Assembly: GCF_964355755.1 (NCBI RefSeq)
Contig: NC_092679.1
Span: forward strand, 6,416,201 to 6,480,200
Source of the DNA: Antedon mediterranea
Lineage: Eukaryota > Animalia > Echinodermata
Reading direction: 5' to 3'
Length of the DNA stretch: 64,000 nt
This document shows, piece by piece, positions 11,391-23,651 of the stretch; positions within the stretch are counted from its first letter, which is position 1, and the number at the start of each line of letters is the position of its first letter. A program made the position numbers and the translations under genes. The notes under the pieces were generated by a model, which was not told where the DNA came from, did not search any database, and saw only the letters and a list, made by a program, of their open reading frames with translations.

Positions 11391-12481
11391 GGGTGTCACG
11401 AAACCTAAGACCACAAAAGCTAAGACCCCCTAAGACCTAAGATCACGAAAGCTAAGACCCAAGACCTAAGATTAAAAATATTTATCTTTCGCACCTGCCT
11501 TGTATTTTAACTCCCAACATTTATTCTGAATACCACACCTTAGAATTGGCACTTTCATGAAAAAGAATCACATAAAAAGTAACAAATACATTTTTAAATT
11601 GATGATTTTACAGACGTTTTTCTCGCACACAAAATGACTAGCCTACAGTACAGTAGGCCATAGAGATATTATAGTGAACCTCTATGAGTAGGCCTACCCC
11701 ATGTTCAATGTTTTTGTTTCTATGGAACGTCAAAAGAGCAAAAATTATATAGAGGGCTGAAAACTATGTGGTGTCCATCTACAGTGTGGATGGAACAATG
11801 TAAAATTAAAATTGTAATGATAATAGTATAATCATGAAAGTACGAAGAAATAAATACTGGCAAATAAATTTTAATTTAAAAATCATGATAAGTTTTTTTG
11901 TTTCGTTTTCTTTCTGTTTTTATACTTGTACTATTATTGTTGCTCTTTTGGCGCTCCATAAAAACATTGAGCATGGGGAGCTCGAGGAGTTACATTACAG
12001 TATACAAAGAAACACATCTGTAAAATCATCAATTTAAAAGATTTATTTATTTGTTATTATGTGTTTCTCCTTCTGAAAGTACTTATAAGTCCTAATTTTA
12101 AAGTGTGGTGTTCAGGATAAAGTTAGTCAACAAATTTGGAGTCAAAATACAAGAAAGGCAGGTGCGTAAGAAAAACATCCTCTGAACCAACACAATGGAG
12201 TAAATATATACCAACAAACAACCCGTCAAGTTTGTTTGTTGTAAAGAAAAAATATACATTTACTCAACGGGCGAAAATAATGTTTTGCGGTAGTAGTATT
12301 AAATTATATTTATGGTAATAAATGAAACCTAATGTGTTTAAAATTATGTATGGATAAACAAGTATTGTTTTTAAGCTGTAGTATATCTTAGTATTTGTAA
12401 TCTTAGGTGTTGGGTCTTAGCTTTCGTGATCTTAGGTCTTAGGGGGTCTTAGCTTTCGTGGTCTTAGGTTTCGTGACACCC
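11391..12481. mobile_element. Non-autonomous Mutator-like (MULE) element, copy 1
   Basis: ~85-bp TIRs GGGTGTCACGAAA...TTTCGTGACACCC with internal CTAAGA repeats. Near-identical to 39230-40312, but the flanks do not form a TSD. Confidence 0.88.
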
Positions 12482-13005
12482 TAAAATAAACCGATACAAA
12501 TTAAACCGACCGATGAACTGCCTGTGGAAACGGAACGGAAACTGATTCAGCTCGAGAAAAATTTTACGAAAATGATCTAGGCCGAATTCAAATCGGATAA
12601 TTATCGGATAAATAATGTTTAACCTTTGACCTGAAGGACAAATTGTTACGTTGTAATTGGGAAATTGGTTGTTGGGTATTAAATGACTGATCATACGCAC
12701 TTTATTTTTATTTAATTACCTGATTTGTTAAAAATTAACCGATACTTTTTTGTTTTGGCTGTGGAAACACGGCCAAAGATTGCCGTCTTATTTGGTGAAC
12801 TAGCTGAAATTGTTTAAAACGTGATGGTCATATTTCATGTAAACAGTATAGACATACATAACCATAGAAAACCTAATGAGAACATTTTATAGATTAATGG
12901 AAATGAAGCAATAACATTTTCACGTTTAGTGCTCCTTAATTCTTTTTCATTCTTCTGAATTTAAGGACGGGTGCTGCTTTATCGCATAATTTTTGTTTAT
13001 ATATA

Positions 13006-13576
13006 TTTACCTCCGCCAAGGAGGCTATTATGTTCACCCCTGTATGTTTGTGTGTGTGTGAACAGCCTGGAGGCAACAGTTTGTAGCCAATTCTCACCAA
13101 ATTTGGTCACAATGATCTATGCCCAAAAAGCTCGGACGAGTTCAAATTTGAGGGGTCAAGGTCACAAGGTCAAGGTCACAACTAACAAAAAACTATTTTA
13201 CTGCCTAGAGACCACAGTTTTTATCTGATTCTCACCAAACTTAGCCACAATGATCAATGACTCATCATATAATTGTGGTTACATTTTGAAGGGTCAGGGT
13301 GTTAGATCAAGGTTCACAAAAAAAAAGTAATAAAACAATATTAAAAAAAATCTCCGCGGGACTTGAACCAGCGATCTCAACTGTGAGAGGCTGGATACAT
13401 AACCACTAGGCCTACACCAAACGCTCATCCACAACTTTGTAGTATGCAGTTAGCCTATTTACACTTAGAGCCAATTAGAAAAAAAAATTTTAAATGTATA
13501 TATTTTCCGGGGACATTTTATGTAGGGGAATTTTACAGTAGGCGGAGGAGGTTTGTACTCGGAGTACTCTCTAGTT
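13006..13576 (+). mobile_element. Helentron-associated non-autonomous element (HINE/DINE-1-like)
   Basis: 5' ACCTCCGCCAAGGAGG, a (TG)n microsatellite, repeated AAGGTCA motifs, 3' GGCGGAGG sub-TIR, GTACTC-GGAGTAC stem-loop and CTAGTT end. Confidence 0.7.
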
Positions 13577-13744
13577 GGAATTGAATCGTGAATAATTATG
13601 AATGTTTCCTTGTTTATTTTTAGGGATTACTCATTCCGGCGTTGTACGTCACTGTAAGCAATTGGATTGTTCCATAAGGGCGTAGTAAATTATCTATTGT
13701 ATTTTTTGGTAATACATCTTTTACAAAATTTTGTGTAAGGGCAT

Positions 13745-13860
13745 TTTGCGCAATGTGATGGGCGTTGGACTACTGATCGTGAGATCGTGGGTTGGAATCC
13801 AACGCTCGTCGCGTAGGCAAGATATCGTACTTCTTTGCCTATCTCCACCCAGGTGTACCT
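13745..13860 (+). mobile_element. tRNA-derived SINE fragment with CORE-like domain
   Basis: Degenerate B box GGTTGGAATCC followed by TTGCCTATCTCCACCCAGGTGTA. Same family as ~55310-55572 (-). Confidence 0.6.
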
Positions 13861-14868
13861 CGTAAGGTCAAGACACTAACCTTTTCATGACGATTACGAT
13901 GACGACGACGATGACCGGGGTAATAATGTAACTGTTTGGTGTTCCTTCGGTTACTTGTTCCGATGAGTAGGGAGAAAGGGCTGATAAAATATTCTACCCG
14001 TAAAGCTAGTAGAATGGGCCAGTTTGCAAAGTCAGACAAGAAATGTTTATGTAAACCAATTGACAACATTTAGACAAATAATTTGCATAATTGAGTGATC
14101 CTCAAATAGACTTCCTTAAAGTTTGCTAGGTGTAGACAAGGCTTATAAGCTCTGCCTATATGCTATCAAACTTTATGTGACAACAAAATATGATGTGCCC
14201 AATATAGACATGATGATGTCATATCACTACTATATTTGGGCATATCACTACTATATTTGGGCACATCACAATGTTTTTGTCAAACTTAGTTTGATAGTGT
14301 AGTCAGAGCTTTAATTATGTCCATAAACTAAAAAGCATAGGCCCAATGATGATGATGCTGTTTTTTATCCGTTTTGTCTTTTTAGGCCCGCCTATAGCTG
14401 AGGTTGTCTGTTATCCTCTATCTTTATGGATTTGTACTGCTAGTGTCATTGGATGGCCGATGTCATTTTATACTTTCAGTAAATGATGATTATTTTTGTT
14501 ATATTTTCTTTTTATTAGTTACCAAAATGCTAGCTATTATTTATATGTTTGTTCCAAAAAAATATCATTTTAACTTACGGTCAAAAAGTAAGTTAGTTAC
14601 CGCTAAATTCAAGAAAGAAACGCACATTAAGGTCTATTATAAGCATATATGATTCAATATTTAGATTCCCTACATTGTTTTATAGTTTTATAGTGGAAAT
14701 CGCTGTGTTCATGTAACTTGGTTTCTATCACACGACAAATAACCATTATCATTCTTCTTAGGTGCGCTTAGTGTTATTATGTTGATATTATTTATGCTAT
14801 TTGTCTATGACGATCCCGAGAGGAAGATCCTTTTATTGCAAATGATGAACTTGAATATTTGAGGAGTT

Positions 14869-16078
14869 TCTATATATAAATTTACGTAAGGGCAAAATTC
14901 GGTAAATCGCGCCTTACTTTTAGAATTTTTACTCGATGGTATGTAAAGTTGGTTCGTACTTTCGGTACTGATTTTAACCACCTGATGTAACCCTGTTTAC
15001 TAATTAAATTAAGTTAGATAATTAGTTATTGACGATTAAAACGAATTTAGGTTCAACGATTTGCCCCAGATAGGGGTGTTTTCCGATCGTGGTATACACT
15101 GTCTAATGGATGTCCATCTTGAAAAATACCCGCCACAAAAATGCGAGGAGGCTTCGCATTTTCCTATCTCCTCCTACGATAATTGTTTTTAATAGCTGAA
15201 AACCGGTTGAACAGCTCGAGTACAGTATCATAATGTTGAAGACAGGCCGATTTTCTTAAAAAAATACTATTTTGATAGATTTAATATACGTTTATACAAA
15301 TGTATTGATTTGCGATGAATGGAACATTCCAATCTCTGTGTCGTTCCACAAGTGTCTATTCCCTCAGGCGTCGTAAAGGAAAGTACTGTACTCATAACAG
15401 AAATTCGATCCATTATTTTTTTCAATCTGTGCTGCAGAGGTTGGATATAATTTTTTTTAAACGGATAATGAGCTAGCGTTTTCAGTCGCCGTAATTTAAT
15501 ATTTATTACCGATTAAATCGAATTTATAATTTGCCCCGAATAGAGGTGGTTTTCACAAATTGTTTAACATTATATATAAACATACGTCGTAGTGTATCGT
15601 TACATGTACTGTACTATTTCAATCGACTACGACGGTGATAGTTTCAACAAAGTATTACATCGCAATGTTTTACTGTGTTTAGTGGTATATTATTTGTAAA
15701 ACATGTTAATTAATATTTCGTTACAAAATAAAGAATATATTTAAAAATTGTTCCTCTTTGCACCCATCCTCTTCCCCATCTCTCAACCATAATGTTACAT
15801 ACAAAACACAAATTAAGTTTGTTTAAATTTGACTTAAACAATCGGTCTCATTTTGTGACAACTTTCTCTTTCGGAAGTAATTCCCAGTGTGCTAATTTTA
15901 GTTGAGTACATAAATCACAGTGTCTATTTAATCGTTCCTGTAAACGACATATATTATTGTCCTGCATTATTGTACATTTGAAATCGCCAGTTTTTTAACG
16001 CTGAAATTACTGTGTATTCGAGAACCATCTGTGGGTACGACCTAGATGGTACGCGAGCGAAGCGAGCGTACCATCTAG
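14869..16078 (+). mobile_element. Non-autonomous Helitron (1210 bp) inserted in exon 5 of paralog B
   Basis: 5' TCTATATATAAA. 3' hairpin CTAGATGGTACGC...GCGTACCATCTAG ending in CTAG. No TSD. Removal restores codons AGT TTT AAT AAA ACT, colinear with copy C. Confidence 0.9.
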
Positions 16079-17405
16079 TTAATAAAACTAACTCTATTGA
16101 GGTAAGTTATTTGCTTTAGGTCTCCTACACTTGGTACTGTTGATTGCTTGTAGGCATCTAAGATCAAGGCACGAACTTGTTCTCATTATTAGCTGCATTA
16201 TGGAATGTTTCCAAACTTGATCCAAAACAGGGGCCACATTGCAAATCCAAAGCTGTGTAGGCCTATGTGTACTCCATGTTACGGTCTTCTAAACTCACTA
16301 TCAAATTCAAATAAGCCTCTGTTATGGATAAGAAATCTCCACCATGGAAAAATGAAGTCCCTATAAAACTTCAACCACCTTGATTCCAAATATTAAACTA
16401 TCTGCCTCTCAATCATCATGTGGCCTTTCCAAGTAAAGACAAAAATCCTACCGTGTTTGAATCCGGGTTTTTAAAAGTGTGTTTCTTGTTGTTTTCTTAA
16501 TAGACATCCGTTTCATTTTTTGATCTGATGATGTCATCGGCGGTGTGGTCAATATTTATTGGTTACACGGTATATGTTTTGGGCATGGCTTTTATCCTCA
16601 CAGAAGGACCAACTTTCGCTTCTTCTATATTAGGAATTGATACAAAACATGTAATAACATTTATATTATTATTCCTGCTTTACTTGTAGAATAGTGCATT
16701 ACCAACATAACGAATGTATGTTTCTTTAAAAAGATTAAAATATCTGTTATTGGTAATTAAAAAATTAGATCATATAGGCCTACTCATTCAAATGATGTTA
16801 GTAAAGTGATTTACAAGTGCAACAAGAATGTTTGGATAGTCAGCAATGACAAACTGTATTTGATTTCTTTATAGGTCGGCCTTATAACGTCTGTTCCAGC
16901 TATTTTAGAAAGTATTATTGTTCTTCTGTCTGGAATATGTGCTGACGTCATCATTCAACGCAAATACCTGAATGTTATAATTTATAAATACTAGGAAGAT
17001 GTTTGTAACTTTAAATAAGATATACGTATATCTTGATGATCGTTAAAAGTGTTAGTATAGGCAGCTTTCTGTCACAACGACTCAGCTCTAAATAAATTAA
17101 GCCCGACAGAAAGGTGTTAACGTTCTTAAGCAATACACGTACAACACAACTTTTCATATGATTTAATTTGTACTCCTAAAACATGTTCACTTACGTGTGG
17201 AAATTTAATTAATTTTCCGGGAAATGCTAAATATCACTTTTCGGAACGCCGTAATATGACGTAAATATTTTCTCGGGGCTCGTTACCTATTCACGATGTA
17301 GCCTATGTGTTTTTTTTGTTTATCTATACATGGAATTTTATTTATAGTTCCATGATCTATATAAGTGTAGTCCTATATACATATCACATATTGCCATCTC
17401 TCTTT

Positions 17406-17566
17406 TGTAGCCCTGGGACTACCTGCCTTGTAGCCCTGGGACTACCTGCCTTGTAGCCCTGGGACTACCTGCCTTGTAGCCTTGGGACTACCTGCCTTGT
17501 AGCCATGGGACTACCTGCCTTGTAGCCCTGGGACTACCTGCCTTGTAGCCCTGGGACTACCTGCCT
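17406..17566 (+). repeat. Seven tandem copies of a 23-bp unit spanning the exon-8 splice acceptor of paralog B
   Basis: Unit TGTAGCCCTGGGACTACCTGCCT x7. Paralog C has a single copy at 30581-30603. Confidence 0.95.
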
Positions 17567-17606
17567 TGTTCATGTCTTGTATTGGTTTCTTCAAACACAA
17601 TGCAAT

Positions 17607-20465
17607 TAGTCCAGTCCCTAAGGGGAGAAAAAGGGGTGGGATGTTACCAGACTGGATACAAATTTTTCAGTATAGCAGTTTGGTAGAGTATAGTGTGGAG
17701 ATGCCAAAACAAAGTTACTGGAAATCTGATTTGACCTCTGTGACCTCTGACCTCAATTTTTATATTTTTCTATTATATAACTAAAAATCGCCATATCTTG
17801 ACAACGCATGGACATTTTACATTAATTTTTTTTTCAAAATGCTTGAAAGATATATATTTATATTCGCTATAATGAAAAAAATTGTACAAAAATGGCCGCA
17901 AAGGCTTTATTTTTCAGTTTGACCTTTGACCTTGATTGCCTAATATCTCAATAACACGCAATCTCAGAGATTTGAGAATGGGCTCAAAATGTTAAGAAAA
18001 TAAATCTAATATTTAGTCTAATAGAAACTTTTTTCAAAAAATTACCATAAATTAAGCTTTTTTGACCCTTGACCTCTAATGTTTGAATATGTCAATATCT
18101 CGGTAACTATTTGTCCTAAAAAGTTCAGTTTGGTGTCAAATTGTTTAGAATATACACATTTATATTTGCTCTAACAAAATATTTTGTCAGAATTCAATTG
18201 GAAATGTCATTTTGAGCTATGACCCATCGTTTTGCATATATTTAGCAATTAATAATCTATAAAAAGAGATCGAGAGAGGGGAGGGGGTTGGGGTGGATGG
18301 AGAGACACATATTTTTGTTACATGTTACACAAATGTTAAACTCTGTCTACACTATAACATTTTTATGCGACAAAAAAATGTGATGTGCCCATATATGGAC
18401 ACGATGAATGACATATCACTACCATATTTGGGCACATCACACCTTTTTTGTTTAATGGCCGGAATTGTACTGGAAAGTTTTTAGCTACATTTGAAAATAA
18501 GTCCCAGAGGATGGGTGTATTGTAATGTTATCAGAATTATGGCAATTGTTTGTAATGGGAAAGTTTTAAAACTACATTTGAAATATTTGCTAATAATATC
18601 ACATGCTATTAAAGATATACTTATTTTCCCCCTGACAAAAGTAATTTTGACAAATATTTTTGTTGAATATGCAATTTTAATGTCACACATAATAGTTTCA
18701 CCAAAAATTGGATTGAAAAAACATGATATAGTGCATACCCAAAAAAACTGTAATTCAAAGCAAAAAATAGGCTGGAAGTCAATGTGATTTTGGTTAAATT
18801 AACTGTTTATTTTGTCTTTAACGTGATATTTACTCTATTTTTTAGATTAGCTCTTTGATTAAACACCTCTTCCAATGCAGTGAAGATCTTAAGTGTTGCC
18901 TTGTCTTACTAATCTTTCTTAACTTCTCTTTGAACGATCGTAATCAATATTTGTTGAGGTATAATATTTCCCTCTAATATATGGTAATGCCTGTTTTATT
19001 GAGTCAAATGCTTTCTGATAATCTCTAAATCAAAGATTTGGTGATATTCATTTCCTTTTTATTTTAGTTGATTGACAAACTGTATAAGATGGTCCTACTG
19101 TATAAAGCCTTATATATTGGTTTATTTACTTCTAGTCGGTCTCTGATTTTGGTTTTTGATTACTTTTGTAAATTATTTGTGTAAATGTTATAATGTTCGT
19201 TTGGTCGGTAATGGTTGATGTCAGTTTTGTCATGTTTTTGTGGATTAAAGCATAATTATTATTGCTTCTCTTAATTTCTTCTGGTTTCAAAGATTTTGTT
19301 GTATAGTGTTATGAGCTGGATGTGTTATTGCCTCATCAAACCAAGATGGTAATTTTGACTGCTCACTGGTTTGTTTTCCTTTTATATTCCACTACAGTAT
19401 GTTCTTGAAAAGAAATCAGCTTTGTAATTAATTTGTCTTGATCCTTTTCAGATTTCTAATATTTTAAACATATGTTTTTCTTTTCTTCGCTTTTTCCTCA
19501 CTGTTTCAAACATTTTATTTTTTCAGCATACTTCAAGCAATTAATTGATAATTAGGTCATATGTTTTATGAGTATCAAATCGTATTGGTTAATTCTTCTT
19601 TTCTTTCTTTAAGATCCTGATTTTCTTTCTTTTTTAAAAATGTTATTTAACTTTTAAGTTTATCTAATTTTTTGTTGATATTAAGTGTTGCTCTTACGGT
19701 GTAGGCCTACCATGCGATGGAATTATATATTGAAATTAAATTAAACATTAAGTTTTAAGAAAATTGTAAAAGGCTAAATAGGATATTGAATGTAGTTCTG
19801 GTCCATTAAATCTATATTTTAGGTATATTATTATAAGTATGAAACACGCACGCTTAACAGTATATCCTGGTCATACCTCAAACTAGCATTTCCAGTAAAA
19901 ATATGATAACATCTTCTATTAGAGCTAATATAAATGTTTACATTTTGAACATTTTGACACCAAGTTGAACTTTTTATGACATTTGGTTACAGAGATACAG
20001 ACATATTTAAACATTAAAGGTCAAAGGTCAGTAAATGACATTTCCTGTGGATTTGGAAGAACATGTTTAATTAGAGTATATATAAATATGTATGCTCTTA
20101 ACAATTTGAAACAAATTTCAAGAAATTTTGATCAGTAGTTATTGAGATATAGTAAGCCGAGGTCAAAGGTCAAAACATTGAGAAATTACATTTCTGGTCG
20201 TTTTTTTGGAAAAAGTTCTATTAGAGCGAATATAAATATGTACCCTCTGATCTATTTGACACCAATATCATTTCAATTGTCAAACCCGTTGCGGAGATAT
20301 GGCTGTTTAAGATAGAAATATAAAAATTGAGGTCAGAGGTCACAGAGGTCAAATCAGATTTCCAGTAACTTTGTTTTGGTATCTCCATATCATGTTCTAT
20401 CAACATGCCAAAGGGCACACTTGTATCCACTATGGTAACATCATTTCCCCTTAGGGACTGGACTA
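17607..20465. mobile_element. Academ-like non-autonomous DNA transposon (TAG...CTA termini, 3-bp TSD AAT) with long imperfect TIRs and internal cargo
   Basis: TAGTCCAGTCCCTAAGGGGA...TCCCCTTAGGGACTGGACTA. AAT at 17604-17606 and 20466-20468. Inverted similarity extends several hundred bp (~17690-18250 vs ~19900-20400). Confidence 0.82.
18850..19400 (-). mobile_element. Highly decayed RTE-type LINE reverse-transcriptase fragment inside the Academ-like element
   Basis: Minus-strand pieces read DINHYRP, FTKVIKTKIRDRLE, DYQKAFDSI, VRQG and KIFTALEEVF across frameshifts. Confidence 0.6.
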
Positions 20466-20471
20466 AATAGT

Positions 20472-21444
20472 TAGACTTGCCCCAAGTCTGTATTATCTTT
20501 TTTTTTTATTTATTTGTTTTTATTTCGACCGCGATTTTTGTCTGAAAATACAGACTTGTGAAACACGTATAGAAATCGATTTGCAGACCGCAAACATCCG
20601 ATAAGAATGACGTAGTTTATCATACCGTATTTGGCTATATGGGGCGGGCGGTATGTAAATATGGATTTCGAATCAACCAATGATCATTTTGTTTCAAAAT
20701 GAAAAAGATCGAGTACGTACAGTGCTGAATGTACGATCGAGACTGTTGAAATATAAAATCGTAATGCCAAGTTGTTTTGTTTATTAATTGTTTAGTCCTT
20801 GGCGTAGCTAGGTCCTACTCAATTCGCACGTATGACCTGCCAAATAAAACGCCAATAAAGTAGGCCTATAACATACCACCACCGGCGGCACACAACAACA
20901 GGGCTACACCTAGTACACCACCACACAGAACAGGACAGGGTCTGGGTGGGAATTAAATCAAAATTATCTCCGCGTAATAAATGATCCATTCAATGTTTGA
21001 TTTGCGGAGAAGCTAGCCTATCATATTACGAGTTTTCATGTTCTTGGGAAAAATCCCATCAAATGTTTACCAGACTACTACTGTAGGCATATAAAATAAT
21101 TTCTAGCCTTTCAGAAACTTTCATAAATGTACCCAAGTAGGCCTACACATTGTCTAAACGTAACATAGCGCATGCGCATCAACTTAGTTGTTGAGTCTTT
21201 GAAATTCTGAAATATGAATATTAAAACGGTGTACGAGTGTGAGTAGCCAATCGCATGCAGCTGAAACTAGTCAACCGGATAATCGTATGCACCAAGAATT
21301 CTTGGTGTCAAACCACGTGACTTGTGCGTGTTTCCCCAGACGGAGTATCCAAAATCAAGTAGTATACGTATGAAACGCCATATGTGCCAAAATATTTATC
21401 TTTTTACTAATATTAAGACAAAACTCCGTCTGGAACCCAGACTA
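20472..21444. mobile_element. AcademH-like non-autonomous element (973 bp, TAG...CTA, 9-bp TSD TGCAATAGT, asymmetric hairpin ends)
   Basis: Right TSD at 21445-21453. Left TSD is 17601-17606 + 20469-20471 once the later insertion is removed. Ends are TAGACTTGCCCAAGTCT and GTCTGGAACCCAGACTA. Confidence 0.75.
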
Positions 21445-22342
21445 TGCAATAGTGTCAATGATACTCCTTACATTGTCGTTTGGGTTTCTTGGTTGCTATG
21501 CAGCAGGTGTAATGGCAAACGTAATGGAGGTATCCAAAGAAGCTTCTGGAATGATCTTGGGCATAGTCACGTGTATATCACATGCTGTATTTTTTATTGG
21601 TCTTCTCATTCTCGGAATGTTGATAAAAGATGTAAGTATCTATATTGACTTATTTCACTCCAAAAAAAGACATTGTTGTCACAGAAAATAAACCACGTGA
21701 GTTTAAATAACATAAGATAGTACGTATTTTCTTGTCAACAAAGTGCAGGAAAGGAGGAAACTTTATCTCTCCTATTTTACTAATTAACTCCCCTATTTTG
21801 CAGAATACAGCGAGTCAATGGTCTTTGATGTTTAGAATAATTGCCGCAATCAAACTATTTGGAATGATTTTCTTTCTAATATATTTGCAAAAGCAGAACA
21901 ACTAACGAAATCAGATGGAAATATTACAAAGCAAGAGATGAAATCTTATAAAGACTATAAAAGATTGAAGCCAGGGAAGAGTGACATTACTTTCACTCTT
22001 CCCTGATTGAAACTAATTGTTGACAATTCCAGTAAAGGTGATCGCTTTACTCGCATGACATTGAATGTGAGTTCAATTAGGCTTGGACATTCTGACTAGA
22101 ACTAGGCTATTCCAGCAAGTAATTGTAGCTTGGTTAAAGTGCTCGGCTAGCGATTCTAAGGTCAAATCCCAAAAATGTCATGCGAATAAAAGCGATATTG
22201 TCAACTTATAACAATAGCCTGAAAAATGACAAATGAAAATAAAAACAACCACTCCCAACGTCTTTACTACTTAGTTTTGTGTAGAACATCTTGTATATAA
22301 TGTTTGTATTGTGAACGGGATTGCTACCTTGAGAAGGATATA

Positions 22343-23651
22343 TAGCCTGGGTGCAGTACAAATTTTGCGGGAAAAAAGTATAGGAAAATGTTTTTCTTTT
22401 TTTTCTGATAGAGTATACCATATAGAATTTCAGAAAAAAAAATCCTCATCTTGGGGAAAATTTTTTTTAAGGCACTTTTAAATTTTGGCCTATATAACAC
22501 ACACAAATGCCTATTAACACACAGAAATACCTATAGGGGATAGGGAAAACCAATTCACGTTTTTTTTTACTTGGAGTTGTGTTATGATGATTAAACTTTG
22601 CTGAGGCTTACTTTAATAACTACTTCTCATAGTAGTTGATAAATCGAGTCGATAACAATGACATCATAATGCCAGAATCCAATATGGCGTCCAATTTGGC
22701 GGAAAAAACAGGGTATTGCTCAGAACCCCCGCAAACCCTTACCAAAAAACATAGCAAACCCCACCGAACCAACATAAAAGTGATTGAATCATGTAGTTTA
22801 CGACCCACTGGGTATATCCATGTAAAAAAAAATTAAATTTCTACTGTTAACTACTTATTTTTGGGGTAAAACATAATTTTTGACCAAAAATTATTGCTAA
22901 ACCCTGCAAACCTCCAAAAAAACATAGCAAACCCCACCGAACCAACATAATAAAAGTGATTGAATCATGGAGCGTACGACCCACTGGGTATATCCATGTT
23001 TAAAAAAAATTTGATTTCTACTGTTAACTACTTATTTTTGGGGTAAAACATCATTTTTTGTTAAAAATTGATTGCTAATTTTAAACCAAAAAATGATGTT
23101 TTATCCCCAAAATAAGTAGTTAACAATAGAAATTTAATATTTTTTTTACATGGACATACCCAGTGGGTCGTACACTCCATGATTCAATCACTTTTATGTT
23201 GTTTCGGTGGGGTTTGCTATGTTTTTTTGGAGGTTTGCAAGGGTTTGCGGGGGTTTAGCAATACCCTGTTTTTTTCCCGCCAAATTGGACGCCATATTGG
23301 ATTCTGGCATGATGATGTCATCGTATCGACTTGATTCATCAACTACTATGAGAAGTAGTTATTAAAGCCTCTACTAATTTTAATCATTAAAACACAACTG
23401 CAAGTAACAAAAACCGTTAATTGATTTTCCCTATCCCCTATATATAGGTATTTGTGTGTGTTAATAGGAATTTGTGTGTGTTATATAGGGCAAAATTTAA
23501 TAGTGCCATAAAAAATTTTCCCCAAGACCCTGGGATGGGGATTTTTTTTTCTGACATTCTATATGGTATACTCTATTAGAAAAACCAAAAAAAAATTGTC
23601 CTATACTTTTTTCCCGCAAATGTGTATATTAATTGTTCTGCACCCAGGCTA
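22343..23651. mobile_element. Foldback-type Academ-like element (almost fully palindromic, 3-bp TSD ATA)
   Basis: TAGCCTGGGTGCAG...CTGCACCCAGGCTA. Arms match for >500 bp around a centre near 23075, and the left arm has a ~175-bp tandem duplication. ATA at 22340-22342 and 23652-23654. Confidence 0.88.

Larger units (their letters stand above)
13624..21968 (+). pseudogene. Sialin/SLC17-like paralog B, unprocessed pseudogene (exons 3-9)
   Basis: Exon 13624-13708 (in-frame TAA at 13675-13677); 14386-14478; 14762-14868+16079-16101 (2-nt insertion, split by a Helitron); 16504-16650; 16875-17014 (7-nt insertion, donor GT changed to AT); 17411-17606+21454-21631 (split by two transposons); 21804-21968 (frameshift insertions). 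No exon 1 or 2 found upstream. Confidence 0.9.

Noticed and set aside
11834-12318. ORFs repeated at 39646-39940
   Set aside because: They lie inside two copies of a non-autonomous MULE, differ by frameshifts and show no transposase motifs.
13352-13418. Possible tRNA genes (also 44228-44295 and 49320-49389)
   Set aside because: A and B boxes are present but acceptor and anticodon stems do not pair. They are treated as SINE-head or tRNA-derived sequence.
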